NCBI RefSeq assembly: GCF_006345805.1 | Contig: NW_021824313.1 | Span: 1-19,145, forward strand | Direction: 5' to 3' | DNA: 19,145 nt | From: Octopus sinensis | Lineage: Eukaryota | Notes under the pieces: model-generated | Database searches by the model: none | Seen by the model: the letters and a program-made list of their open reading frames with translations, nothing else | What the model was told of the DNA's origin: nothing | Shown here: positions 1-9,360 of the stretch, piece after piece | How the letters are laid out: each line of letters starts with the position of its first letter | Position numbering within the stretch: the stretch's first letter is position 1 | Program-made: the position numbers and the translations under genes

Positions 1-95
1 ATCTTTACCAACATTCACTTCCTTATATACATATCCGCCATCTTAATCCATTAAAAACATCAGTTGGCGAAATGGTTCCTTCCCCAATGGGACTT

Positions 96-197
96 GCAAC
101 TGCTATTATAACAGTTTAGGTTAATGGAAACGTTTAAATTGGTTCTGTGGATACAGGCAATTCTTGAATGTGTGTTAGTGACTGTGTGCGCTTGTAT
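96..197 (+). mobile_element. Possible decayed LTR-retrotransposon (Gypsy-like) aspartic protease fragment
   Basis: The frame from 96 reads ATAIITV*VNGNV*IGSVDTGNS*MCVSDCVRLY. This resembles the retropepsin pattern VxVNG...LVDTGxS. It has three stops; TAG and TGA could be decayed CAG and CGA. Short match, judged by eye only. Confidence 0.3.
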
Positions 198-199
198 AA

Positions 200-605
200 A
201 TACGTATGTATAAATATGTATGTATAAAGATATATGTATGTATGTATATATATATATATATATATAGATATATATACACTCATACACACTCATATATTTA
301 TGCATATTTATATATATATATATACACACACACACATACATGTATGCACAGATATATCAGTATATATATATATATGTATATACACATGCAAATATGCATA
401 CATGTATGCATAAATATATGTCACTCTCTCCCTCGCTGTCTCTCCACACATACACACTCACACATTCACACACATATGCCCACGCAGACACACACATACA
501 CTAACACACGCACGCGCACGCGCACATATGTGTGTGGGTGTGTGTACATGCATACATATACATGTTCACATGGTCAAACACGAACCAGAGGCACACACAC
601 ACACG
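200..605. repeat. Compound (TA)n/(CA)n/(CATA)n microsatellite field
   Basis: Directly visible dinucleotide runs; they explain ORFs 60..341 and 206..706. Confidence 0.92.
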
Positions 606-771
606 AAGACGGTAATGTTTATCACAGTCAGATAACGTTGAGAAAACATAGCGTACTCAACGCTATTATAGATGGCATGAACATGCATATTAAACGACAT
701 GATTAGGTTACTTAATCACCCATTAACATATGGTAATGGACGACCAACAAGTTCTATTATACTCTAAGAAA

Positions 772-828
772 TATGTGTGTGTGTGTGTGTATGCGTGTGT
801 TTGTGTGCGTGCGATTATTTGTGTGTGC
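772..828. repeat. Imperfect (TG)n microsatellite
   Basis: Visible TG/TGCG runs. Confidence 0.85.
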
Positions 829-834
829 GGTTTT

Positions 835-1260
835 TTCTGAAATACGCATTTGTCTTTCCTTCTCGTTCAACTCACAGTCGTGTCTGCCACCGTCTCCTCC
901 CGTTACACATATGATTATACCAACACACTGTTTCGATACAACCCTCTTTATCCCATGCCCTCACACTCCCATACTTGCACACCTCCACTCGCCTACACAG
1001 CCCCGATGACATCACGAGCACTCCATATCAAAACACACATACACACTATGCTCGTCTCTATACACGGATATCTATATGCATAAACGCACACAATACTCTT
1101 TTCCACTCATCTTAACCACCCCATAGATCTACAGTTCTACCTGACCTCCAGCCACCGTGTTTTAACTATTTCATTTGTTCTTATATCTCTTTCTTTCTAT
1201 CTGTGTTCTGATGAAAGACTAACATCCGAAACATCGGAGTTCATTATATTTATGAGTTAA
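835..1260 (+). mobile_element. Probable Penelope-like element 3' / pLTR fragment
   Basis: C/A-rich non-coding stretch, then a pyrimidine-rich run, then a CTGATGA...CCGAAACATCGG hammerhead-type motif. This is the usual PLE pLTR layout. No RT or GIY-YIG coding sequence is recognisable, and the boundaries are approximate. Confidence 0.4.
1203..1240 (+). ncRNA. Degenerate minimal type I hammerhead ribozyme motif
   Basis: CTGATGA at 1208-1214, GAAA at 1228-1231, then C-A-T-C with an NUH (AUC) site ending at 1235. Stem II is imperfect (AGA/TCC) and stem I has only G-U pairs. Confidence 0.5.
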
Positions 1261-1321
1261 ACTAAGACATTTGTTAAAACTTGTCCCACTCGTGGAAGAG
1301 ACAAGTGCCCATTGTCTTTCA

Positions 1322-1356
1322 CCATATTATCGTAAAAGACTTTTACGATAATATGG
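1322..1356. repeat. Perfect inverted repeat (17-bp arms, 1-nt spacer)
   Basis: CCATATTATCGTAAAAG (1322-1338), A, CTTTTACGATAATATGG (1340-1356); the arms are exact reverse complements. Confidence 0.97.
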
Positions 1357-1504
1357 GGAATCAGGTTAGTTAAAACTACCTTACTACTAAAATGTAACCT
1401 TTTTGAACTTATAATTTTCTGGGTATATACAGATACAATACCAATATTCCTCTGAACTTTTAAATAATTCTTTCTGGAAACTGTCTTTAACATTTTCTTA
1501 AGAA

Positions 1505-1506
1505 TG

Positions 1507-1538
<32 letters not shown>
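1505..1538. repeat. (TA)n microsatellite
   Basis: Visible. Confidence 0.9.
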
Positions 1539-1666
1539 TGTAATATTTTGTGACAACCAGTAACTAATACAATGAAGTTTTTACATGTTACTTTTGACAA
1601 TCTTTTTCTAAAAAAGTGAAACCGGTCAAGTAATAAACATCTTTTAAAATTGCATTTTCAAACCTC

Positions 1667-1670
<4 letters not shown>

Positions 1671-1717
<47 letters not shown>
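1671..1717. repeat. Perfect (AT)n microsatellite, about 23 units
   Basis: Uninterrupted AT run. Confidence 0.97.
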
Positions 1718-1718
<1 letters not shown>

Positions 1719-1744
1719 CCAGTAATTACCATTATCTTTTACTT

Positions 1745-1952
1745 ACATTGTCCTCTTATCTTGTTTCTCTCTTAACGTTTTCTCTCTCCACTTCCTCTCT
1801 TCCTTCTTTTCTCCCTTTTCTTTCTCTCTATTTCCCCTCTATATTTTTTCTCACTCTTTTTTTCTCTTTATTCTTTCTATCTATTTTTTCCTCTCCATGT
1901 TCTCCCTATTTTTTCTTTCTTTTTCCTTTTCCTTCTCTTTATTTCTATTTCC
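1745..1952. repeat. Polypyrimidine low-complexity tract (CT/CTT/CTTT)
   Basis: About 200 bp of almost only C and T on the plus strand. Confidence 0.9.
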
Positions 1953-2579
1953 TTACAAGAAGAATGATCCCATTCACTCTATGTTGGCTGGTGATACAGT
2001 ATGGGCAGATTTTGGAAATCCAATGATCCCCTATACGCCTATTTAGTTATGAAATTTTACAAATACACTTTCTCAGGGAGATATGATATACCTATTATTA
2101 CGGGTAATATTACACGTACTTATCATATTTTTTATAGTGTGATGTAACTCTTTGGAATAACAATGCATGCAGCTGAAGAGACCGTTAAACCATCTTTTAT
2201 ATCTAGTATACACTGATGTAAGAACAGGTCGTTTATAAAGCTTGAAACACGTGTACCGCGACATCCTTTTGTTCTGCTTTTGATTTTATTTGATATATAT
2301 ATGCACATATGCATTAACTAAACACCTTTGATGCAGCAAAGTCATTTTAGTTCAGAGTTATCTTCGATTCAGTTTACGATTTTGGGATACGTATACGTAC
2401 ATCCATATATATTTTGGTTTAATTGTCGTGAATTATGACCTCTATTGTTAATTGCACAAACTAAAATCTTGAATGGATCAGTATGCAGAGATAAAGTGTG
2501 GCATTAAAGTTACGTTCACGTATTCGGGAAAGTGTCAGGTGAGCATATTGTTTTCATATATTTATCGCAAAGGTCACTA

Positions 2580-2967
2580 CAAATACACACCTATGCAGAT
2601 ATAGATATTGACACCTATGTATATATATGTATATATGCATACACACACACACAAACACATATATGTACATACGTATGTATATTATTTTCCTTTTATCCTT
2701 TTACTAGTTTCAGGTCATTTGACTGCGGCCATGCTAGAGCACCATCTATATCTATAGGTAATTATATATGTGGGTAATCATATAATGGTTAGTCAAAATG
2801 AATGGATTCTTGCACACATGCGTATATGTGTGTGTGTGTGTGTGTAAATATATATTCACACACATACACACATATTATATATATATATATATATATATAC
2901 ATATATAAATACATATATATATTTATATATATATACAGAGAGAGGGAGGGATAGAGAGAGAGAGAAA
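2580..2967. repeat. Two compound TA/CA/TG/GA microsatellite fields (about 2580-2680 and 2822-2967)
   Basis: Visible; a SINE tail fragment and a short unique spacer lie between them. Confidence 0.85.
2686..2743 (-). mobile_element. 5'-truncated 3' end of the SINE family seen full length at 6348-6756
   Basis: TTTTACTAGTTTCAGGTCATTTGACTGCGGCCATGCTAGAGCACC is nearly identical to 6369-6412 (TTTTACTTGTTTCAGTCATTTGACTGCGGCCATGCTGGAGCACC). Confidence 0.85.
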
Positions 2968-3207
2968 CATAGATTGTAGATTGACAGATCTACAGACAGA
3001 CAGAGTTGAATTAGTAGTCACCCAGATAAAGAATGTAACGTTGGAACGATATTTTGGGGAAAATACCAATGTTTGATTGGGTTTGTTACTCATGTTTCGT
3101 ACTTGAAAATTTGACATAATTTCTTCTGTATATGTAGTTTTTGTTCTAATAAGCATAAAGACAAATATACAATTATACACAGACACAACATGTCTAAACA
3201 CCAGTAT

Positions 3208-3620
3208 CCCACAATGCCGTGTCCCAAAGTGCTGAATTCATTGGACACGCGCTCGTCATAAAAGAAAGTATTCTTGTCTGACGAACCCTACACAAGCAGA
3301 CAAATTTTGCATCTGAACCTGTCTAAATGTATCAAGAATAGATATGTAATTATTTAATTATTCACTCCACATCTCCATGAAGGCGGTGCAAATAACACAT
3401 TTTTAGCGCTTGGGAGATATATGCACCGATCATAAAAGAACTTTGTTCGTTGAAAGCATAAAGATAGTCAATGACTTTGCTTATGCTCAGAGTTCTGGCT
3501 ACTCCTGGCTGACGAGACACAACGTGTGAAGAAATCGGTTTCTCAGAATGCTGTGCGCAAATGAGCCCAATGTTTTCAGGACACTGTCGTCATAAAAGAG
3601 AGAAATTATTCTTCTACGAC
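3208..3620. repeat. Degenerate internally repeated element (modules about 160-175 bp apart)
   Basis: GGACAC..TCGTCATAAAAGA..TATTCTT occurs at 3243-3275 and 3579-3613, with a third CATAAAAGA at 3431. An AATGCnGTG..CAAA-like motif precedes each. Confidence 0.55.
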
Positions 3621-4450
3621 TTATTCAACAACATAGAATTCCTCATACACATAATCGTTCCAGAACTCTCTATACTTGTGTATTATACATTAATAGATAA
3701 ATTAAACAACCTACTGGTGAACCGCTGTTTTCCTCTCTAATCAAATATGGTTATGGATTAATTAATTACTAGTATTCTTCATTATAATTTATATCGACAG
3801 TGCAAGTAGCAATTATTGCCGTAAAATTACTGGCGGTTAGTAAGCCAGTTATTTGTTATCTCTTTAAGAATGCTTCTCGCTTGTAATGTCTCATATAATT
3901 TTTATAAATTACTAATTCGGCATATCAATATTGTTTTAATAATCCTGTATTATTTTACTGGATAATTATTGTTTAGATGCATCGTAAAATGTTTGAATAC
4001 TTCTTCCGTTAATAATTTGGGAACGTCATTAGAGCGTATATATAAAACTTATTATACAAAATCATTATACAAAAATTATTACAAAAATAAGATACGAAAA
4101 AGACCAAATAATGTTGGTGACTAAAACATAATACTCTTCCTTTCATTACAATAGTAAGATTGCCATAAATACGTTCGGCTCTTTTCACACTAATTGCTTA
4201 TAAACATGAAATGCTGGTTAATGCAATTATAAATCGCCATGGAAACGGAAATTTCTACAAAACTGAATACATATAGAATCAAATAAATATGCAATATTTA
4301 TGCTCCGTTTGGTCAATTTTATTATACTAAAAAATTAGGAATTGTAACGCAATTAACATTAACTGACTTAATTGACTTGATATACATATGCATTCAAACG
4401 ATCTGTTCGATAGCGAATGTATGATAAATATTAGTGCTTTGGAAAATTGT

Positions 4451-4717
4451 GTGTTGTGTTCTTGAGCAAGACACTTTAGTTCACGTTGTTCCAGTTCACT
4501 CATCTGTAGAAATGAGTTGCGACATTACTGGTGCCAAGCTTTATCGGTCTTTGCCTTTCCCTTGGGTAGCATTTGTGGTGTGGCGATAGAAGAGTGGTAT
4601 GCATGAGCGACTGCTGGTCTTCCGTAAAAACTTTGCCCGGATTTGTGCCTTGGAGAGAAACTTTCTAGGTGCAAACCCGTGGTCACTCGTGAATGAAGTG
4701 GTCTTTGCTCTTTTACT
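4451..4717 (+). mobile_element. SINE body lacking a clear tRNA head (cephalopod SINE with a CORE/V-like central motif)
   Basis: TGTGTTCTTGAGCAAGACACTTTA resembles the conserved CCTTGGGCAAGT-type SINE core; compare CTTGGGCAAGTGTCTT on the minus strand at 6665-6680. The remainder matches a recalled octopus SINE consensus; not searched. Confidence 0.6.
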
Positions 4718-4856
4718 TAACATAGATATATTACAGGGAGACAACTTGTTTTATTTTACTGTGTCTTTATACGTCCGATAAGCTGGACAAGACTCTTCAC
4801 TTCCACACAAAATGTTTGGTAATATATGTAATCTCTCTGTTTATTTATACAGACGG

Positions 4857-4875
4857 GTGCGCGCACGCACACACG

Positions 4876-4914
<39 letters not shown>

Positions 4915-4951
4915 GCACGCGCAAACGCACACACACATATATAAATATATA
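4857..4951. repeat. (CG/CA)n then (TA)n microsatellite
   Basis: Visible. Confidence 0.92.
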
Positions 4952-4952
4952 C

Positions 4953-5326
4953 GTGGCACTCCGTCGGCTACGACGACAAGAGTTCCAGTTGGTCCGATCA
5001 ACGGAACAGCCTGCTCATGAAATTAACGTGCAAGTGACTGAGCACTCCACAGACACGTGTACCCTTAAGGTAGTTCTCAGGGAGAGTCAGTGTGACACAG
5101 TGTGACATGACTGAAATACAAGTACAACAGAAACAGGAAGCAAAAGTGAGAGAAGGTTGTGGGGAAAGAATACAGCAGGGTTCGCTACTCACCCCCTGCC
5201 AGAGCCACGTAGAGCTTTTGATGTTTTCGCTCAATAAACACTCAAAACACCCGGTCTGGGAATGGAGACCGCGATCCTAGAACCGCGAATCCACTATCCT
5301 AACCACTGGGTCATTGCACCTCCACA
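4953..5326 (-). mobile_element. Full-length tRNA(Arg)-derived octopus SINE (OR-type), tail variant A
   Basis: The minus strand begins TGTGGAGGTGCAATGACCCAGTGGTTAGG...CCATTCCCAGACCGGG. It aligns with the plus-strand copy at 11335 for about 190 nt, then continues into a different ~180-nt tail ending CGACGGAGTGCCAC. Confidence 0.85.
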
Positions 5327-5327
5327 A

Positions 5328-5373
<46 letters not shown>
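5327..5373. repeat. (TA)n(TG)n microsatellite
   Basis: Visible. Confidence 0.95.
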
Positions 5374-5377
<4 letters not shown>

Positions 5378-5456
5378 AGTTAATCCAAACATGAACAAAG
5401 AGAAAACACAACGCGAGGAAGTGGAACAAGTATAGTATTATTGGACGCTCAGGAAA

Positions 5457-5458
<2 letters not shown>
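5378..5458 (-). mobile_element. Short interspersed-repeat fragment, possibly from a second PLE pLTR family
   Basis: An 80-bp island between microsatellites (AACGCGAGGAAGTGGAACAAGTATAGTATTATTGGACGCTCAGGAAAG). The assignment rests only on recall of an octopus repeat; there is no second copy in the window. Confidence 0.3.
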
Positions 5459-5541
<83 letters not shown>

Positions 5542-5630
5542 ATGTGTGTACTATATATATATATGTGTATGTGTGTACCAAAACTTTTGTAATATATTAT
5601 GTATGCATGTAAGTGTACACACACATATAT
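5459..5630. repeat. (TA)n(TG)n compound microsatellite
   Basis: Visible. Confidence 0.93.
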
Positions 5631-6204
5631 CTTAAACTTGCCATTTTATTCAGTTTACTGGCTACAGCAATGTAAATGTCATTGACATCTCGCTCTTGGC
5701 GTCGAGAATTTAAAGCCATTGAACTTATCTATGTAATCTAAGATAACAATAAAAGGCTATTGTAAAATTCACACAATCAATATTCCTGCAGCGGTTTTCT
5801 CACATTAAGAGCAATACATTCTGTGTTGTTGCAATCTCATGGGTGACACTTTGAATATTGTTACATGTCAAACCATACATGGATTCGTTAGAACCTGCTT
5901 CAACGTTTCTATTCATATATGTTCGAGCATAGCTTTCCTGTACGATATCTGTAACTGTGTTAACACCTCAGAGATTGGCAAGGCTACTAAATATAATGAT
6001 GTACTTCAAGATATTACTTACACACGCATGCAGATATTATTATGAAACACGTTATTAGGCAAGACAATCCTCTGTCTAGTGGCTACGGCGAAAATGTTTG
6101 TGCGTTACACGAGGTTGAGAAGATTTGAAGAAATACACTATCCTCTTCGGTCAAGCCTTTTAAAATTCCACTTCGAAAAGAAAGTGAGTGTGGAATGGAA
6201 AGCG

Positions 6205-6280
6205 CTCTCTCTCTCTCTCTTTCTCCCTCTTTTTTTCTCTCTCTCTCTCTTTCTCTCTCTTTCTTTCTTTCTCTCTCTCT
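6205..6280. repeat. (CT)n/(CTTT)n microsatellite
   Basis: Visible. Confidence 0.92.
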
Positions 6281-6347
6281 TAGTGAATTTGTGAAAAGGT
6301 GAGTGACTGTGATAAAAATTTCTAGCGTGAATGTACAAACAGTAATG

Positions 6348-6756
6348 TACTCTTTTACTCTTTTACTCTTTTACTTGTTTCAGTCATTTGACTGCGGCCA
6401 TGCTGGAGCACCGCCTTTAGTCGAGCAAATCGACCCCGGGACTTATTCTTTGTAAGCCCAGTACTTATTCTATTAGTCTCTTTTGCCGAACCGCTAAGTG
6501 ACGGGGACGTAAACACACTAGCATCGGTTGACAAGCAATGCTAGGGGGACAAACACAGAGACACAAACACACACACATATATATACATATATACGACAGG
6601 CTTCTTTCAGTTTCCGTCTACCAAATCCACTCACAAGGCATTGGTCGGCCCGGGGCTATAGCAGAAGACACTTGCCCAAGATGCTACGCAGTGGGACTGA
6701 ACCCGGAACCATGTGGTTGTTTAGCAAGCTACTTACCACACAGCCACTCCTGCGCC
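6348..6756 (-). mobile_element. Full-length tRNA-derived SINE with an internal microsatellite and an 8-bp tandem tail
   Basis: On the minus strand: head GGCGCAGGAG, A box TGGCTGTGTGG (6746-6736), B box GGTTCAGTCCC (6703-6693), core CTTGGGCAAGTGTCTT, internal (TA/TG)n, and 3' end GAAACAAGTA followed by (AAAGAGTA)3 at 6371-6348. Confidence 0.92.
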
Positions 6757-7167
6757 TATGTATATTTATTATTATTATTATTATTACAATTGTATATATT
6801 CATTTTATTATTAATGCAAAACAACACCAGAGAGAAATCGACGTAAACTTAAAGAATAAACCGCGGTAAGTGAACTGTGATAGGTGAAGCGCGATATGGC
6901 GAGGGATTTGTGTATCTCTTAAAATATACATATAAACTCACCTAATTTTTCTGTTTTCGATCGCATTGTTTCCATACACGTATTCGTATACGAAACGTCA
7001 TAACTTGCAGTGCTGGCTCTGAAATGTATAGGAAATTTATACTGATAAACTTAGAATATATCGCACTGCTAACACTAGGAAAAGCACATTATTGAATTGT
7101 AAATTTTAGTATGATTTGTAGTATGTTACGGTTGGTCAACGAAATACTATGTCTATGACAGAAATTT

Positions 7168-7175
7168 ATATATAT

Positions 7176-7220
<45 letters not shown>

Positions 7221-7253
7221 ATATGTAGAGAGAGAGAGAGAAAGAGAGAGAAA
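7168..7253. repeat. (TA)n(GA)n microsatellite
   Basis: Visible; it interrupts the putative transposase right after EIY. Confidence 0.95.
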
Positions 7254-7440
7254 GACACCCCCTCCACCTTTTTAACATGATCCAGAGAGAAACCAGGGCA
7301 AGATATCCAGTGTCAATATGGGTCGCAAGTGCAGGAATGTGGGTCGTCAGAGATGTTAAATACTAAACGATGCAGTTAGCCGTAATCTAGAGCATAACTG
7401 AGAACCATCACGGTACCCGCCCCTATCTAATCTGCATGGA

Positions 7441-8220
7441 AGAAGTCTAAAACGACCAGGTTGTAGAGTGTACTTTGAAAGACAGTACATTTAAAATGTA
7501 CGCAGAAAGTGTACATTCTAAATATACAGGAAGACGGCTAAAAAAACAATATTTACACTCTCCTTTAATAAAAAAAAAAAGTGTCTAAAGTGAGCAGCAC
7601 TTGCCTTGATTTCCGGAAGCAATATATAGGGTGTGTCCTGAAAAACAACGAAATTGCTGAGAGGAAAAGCATTTAGTTTCTACCATGAAAAGATATTACT
7701 GTTACAACAAAGAAAGCTAAATGGCAAACGCTCGAGAAGAAAATATAGGACAAAGTGTTTTCTTAACATTTAGGACTCTACAAACACTTGTCTAGTGTAT
7801 GTGTAAGAACGGTAGAGAAGAAACCCCATGGGCATCCTTAACTTTCAACTTGCTGAGAGCATATAACAACAAATATATGAATGACAATGAAATGGAATGG
7901 TTAACATGTATGTGTTAGATGTACGAAAGGCCACTGTCTAAATTTTATTTGAAATGAAAGAAATCTAAAATGAACAGGGTGTTGAGTGTACTTTGAAAGA
8001 CAGTACATTTTAAACGTCCTCAAAAAGAGTACATTCTAAATATACAGGAAGACGGCTAAAAAAACAATATTTACACTCTAGTGTAATAAAAAAAAACGTC
8101 TTAAGTGTCCAGTACTTGCTTTAATTTCCGGAAGAATATTTAGAGTGTACCCTAAATAACAAAGAAATTGCTTAGAGGTAAAACAGACGGTTAAAACGAT
8201 CAACATTTAGTCTCTACCAT
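7441..8220 (+). repeat. Diverged direct repeat, about 245-260 bp x2 (7441-7686 and 7959-8220), offset about 518 bp
   Basis: 51-nt exact match at 7511-7561 and 8029-8079, and an exact GAGTGTACTTTGAAAGACAGTACATTT in both copies. Copy 2 has an extra ~19-nt segment near 8185-8203. Confidence 0.95.
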
Positions 8221-8574
8221 TATTCTGAAACTAATATTTAGCATGTATCCCTAATGGAAGACATCTAGAACAACCATTATTTACATAGTCTTCTTCAAGA
8301 AGACAACTTTAAAAAAGGGTATTTAGACCGTAACATGCAAGAAAGAAGGCTAGAAGACTAAATAAAATAATGTCTTGTTAGAAAGTCAACTGAGATGCTC
8401 CGTATATAAACTCTGTCCTGTGGGAAAGGAGGCTAGGAAAGCCAGCAGTTTGTCTGTATCCTGCAAAGAAAACGACTAGGAAAGCCGATCGATTTCTCCC
8501 ATTTATCGATCAGCTTATTGCAGTGGCATAGTTTTCATTGCGCAGATTTTCAACGAATTCATCCAATAAAAGCA

Positions 8575-9011
8575 GCCGCACCACCACCACCAGTATCAAC
8601 AACCCCAATACCACCGCCAAAACTATCATCATATTTATCATCAACACCATCGTTAACATCATCGTCATGATCACTATCATCATCATCATCATCGTCATCA
8701 TCATTATCATCATCATCTTCATCATTATCATCATCACCATCACCACCATCATCATCACAATCATCATCATCATTACCATCATCATCATCATCATTATCAT
8801 CGACATTATCAGTTTCACCCTCATCGTCCACATCATCATCATTCACATCAGCTCCCTCCTCCTCCTCCCCCTCATCATCATCATCATCATCGTCCCTCAT
8901 TCTCATCCTCCTAATCCTTATCATCATCATCATCATCGTCGTCGTCGTCATGTTCTTCGCCATCATCGTTATTGCTATATTGATTTTCTTCCTCCTCCTC
9001 CTCCTCCTTTT
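8575..9011. repeat. Long degenerate trinucleotide array (CAC/CAT/CGT/CCT)
   Basis: About 435 bp in period 3; it produces the poly-I, poly-M and poly-D ORFs in the track. Confidence 0.95.
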
Positions 9012-9094
9012 CGTCACCCGACACATCCATTCGAATGCCAAAACATATACAAGTATAAATCATAGACACAAACATGACTGGCTGAGCCTGCATC

Positions 9095-9360
9095 CGCGCG
9101 CGCGCGCGTGAGTGACTGGACGTATCACAGAGAGATAGAGACAGACAGACAGACAAACAATTTTAACACACATATGCACACCCACAGAAATGTACATACG
9201 TATATACATTTATTTATATACACAAAAATTCATATTCACATATACACACACCTCACACACGCACGCAAGTACACACACACACACACACGCACACACACGC
9301 ACACACACACACAAATACATATATAGATATAAATACACATATAGATACATATGCGTATAC
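9095..9360. repeat. (CG)7 followed by GA/GACA/CA/TA microsatellites
   Basis: (CG)7 at 9095-9108; the rest is visible. Confidence 0.9.

Larger units (their letters stand above)
7050..8475 (+). mobile_element. Probable piggyBac-superfamily transposase fossil (many stops and frameshifts)
   Basis: Degenerate motifs in the expected order: KAHY*IVNFSMIC (7081-7119, cf. KYGIKxxMxC); KYYVYD-EIY (7142-7169); DPERNQGK and KCRNV (7279-7341); YTGRRLKKQYLHS (7523-7561); RRNPMGI (7816-7836, cf. RRWPMA); NMQERRL (8332-8352); RCSVYKLCPVGKEARKASSLSVSCKE (8393-8470, Cys-rich C-terminal-domain-like). No TIR or TTAA TSD found. Matched by eye. Confidence 0.45.

Noticed and set aside
636-666. Two overlapping, mutually exclusive 7-bp hairpins (CGTTGAG/CTCAACG and ATAGCGT/ACGCTAT)
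   Set aside because: Stems this short are expected by chance in 19 kb, and there is no supporting context.
1257-1556. Minus-strand ORF with HFSSKV...VKVFYDNMVKD resembling a piggyBac C-terminal domain
   Set aside because: There are no cysteines at the required positions, and the suggestive residues come from the 35-bp palindrome.
1960-2046. Possible exon after the polypyrimidine tract, KNDPIHSMLAGDTVWADFGNP (GDxVWA recalls PWWP)
   Set aside because: The pyrimidine tract is a microsatellite, the PWWP motif itself is absent, and the frame stops after 28 codons.
3500-3545. CTGACGA-GACAC-AAC-GTGT-GAAG hammerhead-like string
   Set aside because: It has GAAG rather than GAAA, with no stem III, no NUH and no stem I.
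8510-9065. Poly-Ile, poly-Met and poly-Asp ORFs of 110-175 aa
   Set aside because: All are phases of the (CAT)n array, open on both strands, with no convincing splice or start context.
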